The notes below the pieces were generated by a model. That model was not told the DNA's origin, ran no database searches, and worked only from the letters and a program-made list of their open reading frames with translations. Both the position numbers and the translations under genes were made by a program. Positions 53,358-61,577 of a DNA stretch of 64,000 nt are shown here, piece by piece; position 1 is the first letter of the stretch; every line of letters begins with the position of its first letter. The stretch is taken from positions 96,001 through 160,000 of the forward strand of contig JALNLM010000001.1 of the NCBI GenBank assembly GCA_023254095.1. The letters run 5' to 3'. The stretch is from Candidatus Geocrenenecus huangii (GTDB lineage Archaea > Thermoproteota > Nitrososphaeria_A > Caldarchaeales > Wolframiiraptoraceae).

Positions 53358-53990
53358 CTATTTTACTATTTTACCTGTCTCCATGTACCATAGATACAAG
53401 TCTAGTTCTCCAGGCTTGAGGCCGACTATCCTGGATATTTCTTCCAAGGTTTTTTCAATTTCTAAATACTTCTTCCTCGTTAATGTTCTCGGCTTCTCTG
53501 TTATCTCATACCTTTCCAATAAGTTTAGGATGTGGAAGTCGATTATTGCTACTTCCAGGCATCCTATATTTCTAAGGAAATGGCTTGCCTCCTTATATCC
53601 TAATCCATCGATATTCTCCACCAACCATTCTCTGATCTGCTTACAATCAACCAATGTGTCAAGAACGTTCTTTACCTGGTCTAGCTTCCTTCTAGCCCTA
53701 ACGATGTATTTGGCTCTAGTCTCAGGATACCTGTGCCCAAGCCTTCTTAGTTCTTCCACCAGTTCTTTTTCCGGAAGCTTCAAAAACCCATCATTAATCC
53801 TTTCTTGTATTCGTAGACTTTTCTCAGCACTGTATCCCGCGGCCAAGATGCAGAAACATAATTCCTTGAATATTTCTGTAATATCTTTACTCCTAAGCTG
53901 GATGAAGCTTCTTATCTTCTCATCTACAAGCCTCTTTATATCTGTCTCAATTAATCTTCTAAGCTCGTTCAGCAATTGTTCCAAAGTCAT
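53358..53990 (-). CDS. ogg: 8-oxoguanine DNA glycosylase/AP lyase (Ogg2-type)
   Basis: ELCFCIL, GLGYKEASHFLRN, AIIDFH, DLYLWY.ETGK. Confidence 0.92.
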   Translation of the reverse strand: MTLEQLLNELRRLIETDIKRLVDEKIRSFIQLRSKDITEIFKELCFCILAAGYSAEKSLRIQERINDGFLKLPEKELVEELRRLGHRYPETRAKYIVRARRKLDQVKNVLDTLVDCKQIREWLVENIDGLGYKEASHFLRNIGCLEVAIIDFHILNLLERYEITEKPRTLTRKKYLEIEKTLEEISRIVGLKPGELDLYLWYMETGKIVK

Positions 53991-54042
53991 CTGGAGTGTT
54001 TTATGTCTAGATGTAGTAAAAAGTATTGTGGAGGTTGGGAGT

Positions 54043-55155
54043 TCACGATTCCCCGATTATTCCTTTAATGAGGTACAGGTAAAGTAATGCTATGAAGATC
54101 GCTGTAAAGAAAAGTATAGCTGATACTCCTGACAGTATCAAGGATGGTTCTATGAAAAGCAGTCTATTTATGAATATTTCCACGGGCACCCCTGTATCGC
54201 CTACTATAACCATGTATGGTAGCCTACCGATATCGTGTGCTATCTCTCCAAATACTAGTGCGGCTATAGATAGAGGGGCAAGAATATATGCTGTCCACCT
54301 CCTAGAAGGTTGATAATAATGGACTATCCCGAGGACCAAGATCAGAATTGATAGTAGAACCATTCCGAGGAAAAAGTATGAAACATCCGTTGATGGGTAT
54401 TGGGTAGGTAGAAATGATCTTGTTAAGCTGGCGAATAGGTACGGTGAGTGAAAGCTCAGCGTACTCCAGAACCAGAATCCTGCTAATCCTTGAGGTACTA
54501 TCATCAAGCCTCCGATAAGGCTAGCGTACCCACTCCATCTTTCAACTGTTTTATCAATCTTCGACGACCATGCTAAGCCAGCTGAAGCGGCTAGGAACCC
54601 TATGGATAACGCTCCGAAAAATGTATGTAGTAGAAGTGGAGGATAGAGGGGGTTCATTAAAGCTTCTATAATGTTCCCAGAAATCGGGTTTAAGCTAGTT
54701 AAGCCGACGGGACTGCTTATGAATGCGAAAATATATCTAAACCCTGCGGGGATCATTAATCCTGAGAAGGCCATGACGAGCCCTACGGCGAGATGTATTC
54801 TCGCTCCAACTCTATCCCAAGTATACCAGTAGGCAGCTATAGATGTTAATCTAAGTATTATACCAATGATACTTATTAGTAGGGGGATGAATAGGATTAT
54901 CGTTGCGATGTTTACCAGCGTGGGCCAGAATCCAGCCAAAACAACGGTTATCATAGTTCCGTAGACGCCTGAAACGACCTCCGTTGCAACGAGAAACTTG
55001 AAGACTTTTCTAGAAGGCTTAGCTGCCTCAGTATTTGAAATTGACCTCCATCTAAGAATTACACTGTAGAATCCTAAACCGATGTTTATGTTTACGAACG
55101 TTAAATGGATCAGCAATATTACTCCTAGAACCATTAAAGGTAAAGTTACATCCAT
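54043..55155 (-). CDS. CydA'-like second subunit of cytochrome bd-type oxidase
   Basis: CydA-like motifs IHLTFVN..IG, LHTFFGA, HDIGRLPYMV rather than CydB features. Confidence 0.75.
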   Translation of the reverse strand: MDVTLPLMVLGVILLIHLTFVNINIGLGFYSVILRWRSISNTEAAKPSRKVFKFLVATEVVSGVYGTMITVVLAGFWPTLVNIATIILFIPLLISIIGIILRLTSIAAYWYTWDRVGARIHLAVGLVMAFSGLMIPAGFRYIFAFISSPVGLTSLNPISGNIIEALMNPLYPPLLLHTFFGALSIGFLAASAGLAWSSKIDKTVERWSGYASLIGGLMIVPQGLAGFWFWSTLSFHSPYLFASLTRSFLPTQYPSTDVSYFFLGMVLLSILILVLGIVHYYQPSRRWTAYILAPLSIAALVFGEIAHDIGRLPYMVIVGDTGVPVEIFINRLLFIEPSLILSGVSAILFFTAIFIALLYLYLIKGIIGES

Positions 55156-56651
55156 TATCCCTCACCTATCTTTAGGAATTTCGGAGGCTTCTTCAAAACT
55201 AGGTATATTGTTGTAAAGGTTATGATGAGCCCTAACAGTAGTCCACCGATTATGGTCAAAACTATCTCTAATCCTATTGGATTCGGTGTAACGAGTTCTT
55301 CTGGATAAAGTAAGCCATATACTGTCCAGGGTTTTCTACCAATCTCTCTTACCGCCCATCCAAGCCCTGCCAATGCGGGAGCGATAAAGAACATAGCAAG
55401 CCCACCATAGAACAGTATTCTTTCTCTCCCATGCCAGAACTTCCTGAAAACGAATGAGCTTATGATTATTAGCGAGATTATTAGGGATAACGCTGCTAAA
55501 CTGATCTTAACTTCGTAGAGAGTTTTCACTAATGGAAGCTTCTCAAAAGCTTTCAGGGTATCCATTACAGCTATTTCTTTAACTGGCATACCGCCTATCC
55601 TGAGGTTCGGGGTTGGATGATTCTCAGAGACCTGCATGAAATAGTCAAATCCTTTGAACACGTAATTCGGGTCCCCGAAGATCGTTAACCCCGCTGGAAG
55701 ATATGGCCCAGATTTCTCTAGGCCAGCTATCATAGCGAATTTAGTTGGCTGGTAGAGGTATACCATTAAACCTTGCTCATGGCCTTCTATTCCTTGGATG
55801 ATTAGCAGGATCGAGCCTATTAAAGCAACCGTCTTAAACAATTTTAGATAATAGTCTCTTTTCTCTTTCATCCTCAATCCATTATATGCAAGTGCTCCTG
55901 CTATCCAGAATACTCCCACTATCGTTGTAGCGAGAAGTTGATGTATTATGCTCGTTAAAGCATAAGGGCTGGTTAAAGATACCCATGGATCTTTTAACAA
56001 CTCACCGTAAGAATTGGTTAACATGTTCAGTATAGTTGGGTTAACTAGAGGTGCTCCAGAACTTGCCCATCTGGTTACTAATGCTTCCTTAACAGACAAT
56101 AAGAAATCTGCATTTACTAGTAATGGACCATATATGGGAGCCCATGGATAGATTTTATTGATTATTTCTCCAGTCCCCCATGGTGCTTGCATCCAAGAAT
56201 TTACAGAGGTTATTAATGCTCCTGACAACAAGGCACCTCCAGTGTAGGTTACCGTTATTATCCAATGTGTCCAAGGATTCTTGAACTTGTCCCATGTATA
56301 AAGTAGTGCGATAAGTAGCGTTGCTTCGATTGTGAAAGCTACCAACTCTAAGAAGAGTGGAGTGAAGAAGAATGACCCGATAGCCAGTATTACACCATTC
56401 CATACCTGTACGAGTCCGAACTCCACTAGCGTCCCCGTCGCCGCTCCAAATACGAACGCAACTACTATAACTATGGATATTTGTTTAGCAAGGCTAATGA
56501 AGGCAGAATCTTTCTTCTTTAAACCTAGAAACTCAATTATAGTTAATGTAATAGAGAAACCTATAACTATGGCGACAGTTATTGAGTGAATGTAGATCCC
56601 TAATGCAGATAGATCGAGTATTCCTCTTAGACCCGTTCCAAGACTATTCAT
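55155..56651 (-). CDS. cydA: Cytochrome bd-type oxidase subunit I
   Basis: IH (His19-like), NSWMQAP, IHQ, QPTK, GWAVREIGRKPW; start reset to ATG 56651 after GGGTGA. Confidence 0.9.
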   Translation of the reverse strand: MNSLGTGLRGILDLSALGIYIHSITVAIVIGFSITLTIIEFLGLKKKDSAFISLAKQISIVIVVAFVFGAATGTLVEFGLVQVWNGVILAIGSFFFTPLFLELVAFTIEATLLIALLYTWDKFKNPWTHWIITVTYTGGALLSGALITSVNSWMQAPWGTGEIINKIYPWAPIYGPLLVNADFLLSVKEALVTRWASSGAPLVNPTILNMLTNSYGELLKDPWVSLTSPYALTSIIHQLLATTIVGVFWIAGALAYNGLRMKEKRDYYLKLFKTVALIGSILLIIQGIEGHEQGLMVYLYQPTKFAMIAGLEKSGPYLPAGLTIFGDPNYVFKGFDYFMQVSENHPTPNLRIGGMPVKEIAVMDTLKAFEKLPLVKTLYEVKISLAALSLIISLIIISSFVFRKFWHGRERILFYGGLAMFFIAPALAGLGWAVREIGRKPWTVYGLLYPEELVTPNPIGLEIVLTIIGGLLLGLIITFTTIYLVLKKPPKFLKIGEG

Positions 56652-56708
56652 ATTTTTCACCCTGCCGATTTCATACTTCTTCCAAGTTACAGGATTAATA
56701 AGACTTAT

Positions 56709-56723
56709 GTTCGAACTTCGAAC
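56709..56723. promoter_or_regulatory. Palindromic operator GTTCG-N5-CGAAC upstream of cydA TATA
   Basis: GTTCGAACTTCGAAC; same motif and flanks at the lrpA start. Confidence 0.65.
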
Positions 56724-56808
56724 CATAAATTAAACCGAGTTTGTATACGTGTAAGGACATTCGAAAAAATAGAAGGATGGCATAGTCGTATGGCACATGT
56801 TCTCTGGA

Positions 56809-57471
56809 TTACTGCTTTTCAGGTTCCTTGTATACAAACCACCAATCGTATCCTTTGTACTGCGTTAATCTTTCTTCAGCTGTTTTCTCATCTGTCGCCG
56901 GTGGAACTATTACTTTGTCTCCTACGAGCTCATTATTTGGCCAGTTTGCTGGAATCGCTGCTTTAGATTTATCTGCTATCTGGAGTCCTCTGACAGCTCT
57001 TATTATCTCATCTATGTTTCTTCCAAGCTCTGGTGGGTAGTAGTATATCGCTCTAAGGATCCCCTCGGGATCAATTATGAAGACTGCCCTAACAGTGTTT
57101 GTTCCCTTTTTCGGGTGAACCATACCAAGCATTCCAGCAATCTTTCCCATGTCGTCAGCGATTACAGGAAACTCAATAGTTAAGTTAAGTTTCTCCTTGA
57201 TCCATTTAATCCATTGTATATGGCTGAAAACCTGGTCTATGCTAAGACCAATAAGTTCACAGTTTAGTTTCTTGAATTCATCATACCTTTTCTGGAATGC
57301 GTAGAACTCGGTTGTACAGACAGGGGTGAAGTCGGCTGGATGAGAAAACAATACAACCCATTTTCCTTTATAGTCTTCTGGGAAATTGATTACGCCCTTG
57401 GTCGTTCTAGCTTTAAAGCTCGGCATCTTATCTCCTATCATAGGAATTTTTCCCAACTCTACCGCTTCCAT
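56809..57471 (-). CDS. Peroxiredoxin (Prx6/archaeal type)
   Basis: [35 protein letters not shown]. Confidence 0.95.
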   Translation of the reverse strand: MEAVELGKIPMIGDKMPSFKARTTKGVINFPEDYKGKWVVLFSHPADFTPVCTTEFYAFQKRYDEFKKLNCELIGLSIDQVFSHIQWIKWIKEKLNLTIEFPVIADDMGKIAGMLGMVHPKKGTNTVRAVFIIDPEGILRAIYYYPPELGRNIDEIIRAVRGLQIADKSKAAIPANWPNNELVGDKVIVPPATDEKTAEERLTQYKGYDWWFVYKEPEKQ

Positions 57472-57528
57472 TCTCCTACTGCCCCCGGTTCTTTATTATT
57501 TATTAAATGGCTCGATTATTAATATTTT

Positions 57529-57951
57529 ATGGTTCGACTTACGAACATCGAACTAATAAAAGAGTTATTAGTAGATTCTAGAAGATCCTATGTCGAATTA
57601 GCGAAAAGATTTGGTGTAACAGAAGCAGCAATAAGAAAAAGAATAAAGAAATTAGAATCCGAGAAGATTATAAAACGATTTACTATCGAGGTTGATTTGA
57701 AGAAGCTTGGATTCGAGATTCATACGCTTATAGGCTTAGATGCTTCTCCCGAGAAGCTTGTCCAGGTACTTGAAGAATTACAGAGGATGGAAGAAGTCGC
57801 AGGACTCTATACTTCATCCGGAGACCACATGATATTGATGGAATGCTGGTTCAAGAATATGAATCAACTATCGGAATTCGTAAAGAGGCTGGAGAAGCTG
57901 GATGGAGTAACAAGAATCTGTCCAGCAATTATCTTAGAGAAGATCAAGTAG
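57529..57951 (+). CDS. lrpA: Lrp/AsnC regulator, LrpA-type
   Basis: HTH ELAKRFGVTEAAIRKRI; SSGDHM, CPAIILEK. Confidence 0.88.
   Translation: MVRLTNIELIKELLVDSRRSYVELAKRFGVTEAAIRKRIKKLESEKIIKRFTIEVDLKKLGFEIHTLIGLDASPEKLVQVLEELQRMEEVAGLYTSSGDHMILMECWFKNMNQLSEFVKRLEKLDGVTRICPAIILEKIK
57532..57546. promoter_or_regulatory. Palindromic operator GTTCG-N5-CGAAC immediately after lrpA ATG
   Basis: GTTCGACTTACGAAC. Confidence 0.6.
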
Positions 57952-57984
57952 ACTTCCACGTAATTAGTTTACGAAGACATTGAT

Positions 57985-59406
57985 CTAAATGACCGGGATC
58001 AACCTTGGTATTAGATCTTCTTCGGATGGTTCAACGATGAAGAATCGTGTACGAGGCTTGACCCCATAAAGAATAACTCTACCATGTTTCTTAGTTATCT
58101 TAATATGAGAATCAGATAAGGGTGCAAGCCTCTCAATGATCCATGGGTAGAGAGGCTTAGCAAGCAATATCGTCAATCCACCAATATTTCTTACTAGATT
58201 CGAGATACGGTATATCAGTTCTACAATAGCTTCACGCAACCTACTAGCTAATCTATCTATTCCGAGAGAGATTATTGGAGGGCCTTTACCTGCGGATAAG
58301 CTTCTTTCAACCACACCAAAAATCCTTTCAAAGACCTCCTCTGGGTCGAACATCGACATCTTTTCCACATTCTGAGGCAATTCTTCCTTTCTTTCAATAT
58401 CGATGAGAATAGTTAGATTGTCATTTATGAGTTCTTCTGGGATTTTAAAGATCTTAGCAAAATTAATTACGTCACGCCAATCAGTTCCTCCGGATAGAAT
58501 CATTATAACAGGTCTATTTCCTCTAATAATATTGGAAACAAGCATTGGCGAATACACTAATGCATACTCTTGAAGAGACACCCAAGGGTCGATTTCTAGT
58601 AGAATTGTTGTACCACCAGTAAATCCACCTATCTCTTTATCAAGGTCGGAGATTCCAGTAGAGAACCTTCCGGGAAGGTCCGGTGGCGTTACATATTTTC
58701 TACCTTCGTAAAATTCCTTTGTAATATTCAGTGGAGGATATGCCTCGAATCCTTTGTATAGACTTATACATGCTAATGGTTCTCTTATCTCTGAACCCCT
58801 CATCTTCAGTATATTTACTTCTCTCCAAAGCCTATCTTCAATAATTTCTCTTTTAAGGAATATTACACCGTCAGATATGAATTCTTCGAATCCGTATTCA
58901 TACACCTGCTCATTTGGGATTTCTTTTATCAAGATCGTCGTACACCCCATCTGTCTCGCAATCTTCGATAGTAAGGAATGAAGAAATACTCTAGCCTCAA
59001 ATGGGGATTTAAACATTTGGCTCATAGCTGTAAATGAATCTATTACAAGCCTCTTCGCACTCATAGACTCAACAGCGTCAACAATGTCTGCTACTGATAT
59101 ACTTACACCAGGCTCAAATAACGTTGGGATAGCCAAGTACTTGAATAATCCTCTATCTCTTAGACTACGGAAGTCCAAGCCGAAACCTAACATAAAATCA
59201 TAGAATCTTTCTTCATCTTCTAGGAGGGATGCATAAACACCTGGCTCATTATATTTTAGTATACCATTATAGATGAAGGCTCCGGCTAGAGCAGTCTTGC
59301 CTGTTCCAGGATTCCCTGAAACAGTTATAAGACCGCCACGTGGAAAACCCGTTATAATCTTGTCGAACCCCTCCACACCCGTCAGAACGACTTCATGGCT
59401 GGACAT
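57985..59406 (-). CDS. KaiC/RAD55-like ATPase with degenerate second RecA domain
   Basis: GNPGTGKT, LVIDS, KMRGS; second STGISDLD domain lacks Walker A. Confidence 0.85.
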   Translation of the reverse strand: MSSHEVVLTGVEGFDKIITGFPRGGLITVSGNPGTGKTALAGAFIYNGILKYNEPGVYASLLEDEERFYDFMLGFGLDFRSLRDRGLFKYLAIPTLFEPGVSISVADIVDAVESMSAKRLVIDSFTAMSQMFKSPFEARVFLHSLLSKIARQMGCTTILIKEIPNEQVYEYGFEEFISDGVIFLKREIIEDRLWREVNILKMRGSEIREPLACISLYKGFEAYPPLNITKEFYEGRKYVTPPDLPGRFSTGISDLDKEIGGFTGGTTILLEIDPWVSLQEYALVYSPMLVSNIIRGNRPVIMILSGGTDWRDVINFAKIFKIPEELINDNLTILIDIERKEELPQNVEKMSMFDPEEVFERIFGVVERSLSAGKGPPIISLGIDRLASRLREAIVELIYRISNLVRNIGGLTILLAKPLYPWIIERLAPLSDSHIKITKKHGRVILYGVKPRTRFFIVEPSEEDLIPRLIPVI

Positions 59407-59408
59407 GG

Positions 59409-59774
59409 TTACCCCCATTTAAAAACTCGTAAAAACCTCTTGTAGGATTCCTCATCATCGGATTTCATTAATTCTAGGAACTCCTCGGGAGAGACACCTA
59501 TCATCTTTCCTTCTTCTATAAGCTTCATGGCCAGGATCCTTAGAATGGCATCCGCACCCTTACCTAGGAAATTCTTGAGAGCATTATAAAAGATTGGGGG
59601 AGAGGATACGAGAACTTCATACATGTCATGTTGCAGACGTCTATTAAGATAATGTTCAAGAGCACTCAATCCAGCTGGACCTAACAATTCTCTAAAAGTA
59701 GACCTGAAAACCTCTTTAACATATGAGTCTATCCCCTCATTATTCTTTTCAGTCCAAGAAGCCTCTTTACCCAC
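59409..59774 (-). CDS. Small helical protein of the kind found next to archaeal KaiC-like ATPases
   Basis: LLGPAG...LEHYL...P..FYNALKNFLGKGA pattern; operonic with the ATPase. Confidence 0.6.
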   Translation of the reverse strand: MGKEASWTEKNNEGIDSYVKEVFRSTFRELLGPAGLSALEHYLNRRLQHDMYEVLVSSPPIFYNALKNFLGKGADAILRILAMKLIEEGKMIGVSPEEFLELMKSDDEESYKRFLRVFKWG

Positions 59775-60137
59775 TTTAGTTCTACCTCTCCGGGAACCTC
59801 AGCCTTCCATGCAATATTTATACAGAGGAGTTAATATTCTTTTAAGATCTTTATCTCCACAGTATGAGAAACTTAACAATCATTCAGTAAACGCTTTCCA
59901 TCTATTTTTGGAGGATGTCAATAATTTTCAGGAATATTGTCTAGATAATCTAGGTTTGGTCTACTGATGAACTAGAGCAGATCTTAACATGTGAAGGAAT
60001 CTCTAAGCAATGATGGAAAAGAGAGCTAGGAACAACAAGATTATACATCAATAGACTATCCCGTTCATCCCAATGGATATTACTGCTCGTTGTCATGGAT
60101 TTCTTAGAAAGATAAATCCTTAATCGAAAAGAATTGA

Positions 60138-60198
60138 TTGGGTCGGCTCGGCTCTTCCTCCATCATCAATCAGTCTGGGGCAGCGGCCTCATCCCCAA
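60138..60198 (-). ncRNA. C/D-box methylation guide sRNA
   Basis: GGGATGA(C)-GGCCGCTGCCCCAGA-CTGA(D')-TTGATGA(C')-TGGAGGAAGAGCCGAG-CCGA(D); terminal TTGG/CCAA stem; TTTAA box about 24 nt upstream. Confidence 0.8.
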
Positions 60199-60309
60199 CA
60201 CATTATCCCCATCACACTAGCTTAAAGGATTTACCCCATTCATGCCTTAGCAACCCTTCGCATGATATAAGTTTATGTAATAGATTCACACAAAAAATCT
60301 AGAAGAGTA

Positions 60310-60786
60310 TTGATAGAAGTATGCTTTACCTTGAATGGAAAGATGGTGAAAGTCCAGACAGAGCCGAATGCTACATTGCTTGATGTTCTTAGAGAAGAAC
60401 TAAGAATATCGAGTGTTAAGAGAGGATGCGAGGTTGGAGAATGCGGTGCATGCACCGTACTTATCGACGGGAAGCCTGTTAACAGCTGCTTGATACTTGC
60501 ACCAAAAGTCGAGGGGAGAAGTATACTCACGGTTGAAGGGCTAACGAGAAACGATGAACTCCACCCTCTCCAAGAATCATTCATAGAAGAATTCGCATTA
60601 CAATGTGGATACTGCACGCCTGGAGTACTATTAACGGCGAAGGCATTGTTAGACCTGAAACCTTCCCCTACGATAGAAGAGATAAAAGAAGCCCTATCTG
60701 GAAACATCTGTAGATGCGGAGCATACCAAGAAATAATAAATGCAATACTGAAGACGTCTAGGAAACTCCAGGGAAAATCAGATTAG
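60310..60786 (+). CDS. Molybdo-hydroxylase 2Fe-2S subunit (CoxS/XdhC-like)
   Basis: GCEVGECGACTV, QCGYCTPG, GNICRC. Confidence 0.93.
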   Translation: MIEVCFTLNGKMVKVQTEPNATLLDVLREELRISSVKRGCEVGECGACTVLIDGKPVNSCLILAPKVEGRSILTVEGLTRNDELHPLQESFIEEFALQCGYCTPGVLLTAKALLDLKPSPTIEEIKEALSGNICRCGAYQEIINAILKTSRKLQGKSD

Positions 60787-60791
60787 AAGCT

Positions 60792-61427
60792 ATGACAGAA
60801 TATGAGTATGTGAAGAAGATGAGTAAGAAGAATAAGATTGCATTAATAATACTAGCAGCAGGAAAATCCACGAGATTTCCAGGAAATAAGCTTTTAGCAA
60901 AAATAAACAATGAATCCATGATTGAGAAAGTAGTTAAGACAGGGTTGAACTCCAAAGCCGACAACATCCTGATCGTAGTTGGACACGAAGCTGAAAAAAT
61001 ATCGAAATCGCTTGAAAATATAAGAGATGCAAGAATACAAGTAATCTATAACCCAAGATATGAAGAAGGTCAGAGCAGTTCTGTAAAGACTGGTGTTGAG
61101 TACGTCGTAGGTAAGGCAGACGCAGTAATGATCCTTCCAGCCGACGTACCATTCATTACTCCGGAAGACATAGATAGACTTATAGAAGTATATGAGATAA
61201 CCAATTCAACAATTGTTGTTGCATCATATAGAGGGAGACATGGACACCCAATACTCTTCTCAAGCAAGCTCTTCAACGAGTTAATGATGATAACGGAAGA
61301 AAAACATGGTCTTAAAGAGGTCATAGAAAAACATAGAGAAGAGATAGTCGAGGCGGAATCAAGTCCATTCACATTAATAGATATAGATACACAAGAAGAC
61401 CTTGAGAAAATCTTGAAGATGTACTAG
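60792..61427 (+). CDS. mocA: Molybdenum cofactor cytidylyltransferase-like
   Basis: LAAGKSTRF..NKLL, N..YEEGQSSS, PADVP, GHPILF, DIDT. Confidence 0.85.
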   Translation: MTEYEYVKKMSKKNKIALIILAAGKSTRFPGNKLLAKINNESMIEKVVKTGLNSKADNILIVVGHEAEKISKSLENIRDARIQVIYNPRYEEGQSSSVKTGVEYVVGKADAVMILPADVPFITPEDIDRLIEVYEITNSTIVVASYRGRHGHPILFSSKLFNELMMITEEKHGLKEVIEKHREEIVEAESSPFTLIDIDTQEDLEKILKMY

Positions 61428-61577
61428 AGAAACGAAGACCTCTAAAAAGTTCCCCATATTTACATCTTTACCTAATACCTAATACCCCATTACTAGAGAT
61501 CTCGAGTAAAACAATGGTGGATGAAGTAGTTAGCTAAGACTAATAAGGTTCTTAATTTACTCAGATAGTTGAGCTTC

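Noticed and set aside
53383-54087. 234-aa plus-strand ORF and the many other antisense ORFs in the track
   Set aside because: Shadows of well-supported genes on the opposite strand; no motifs
56652-56726. N-terminal extension of CydA in the ORF track
   Set aside because: Covers the operator and TATA; the SD supports ATG 56651
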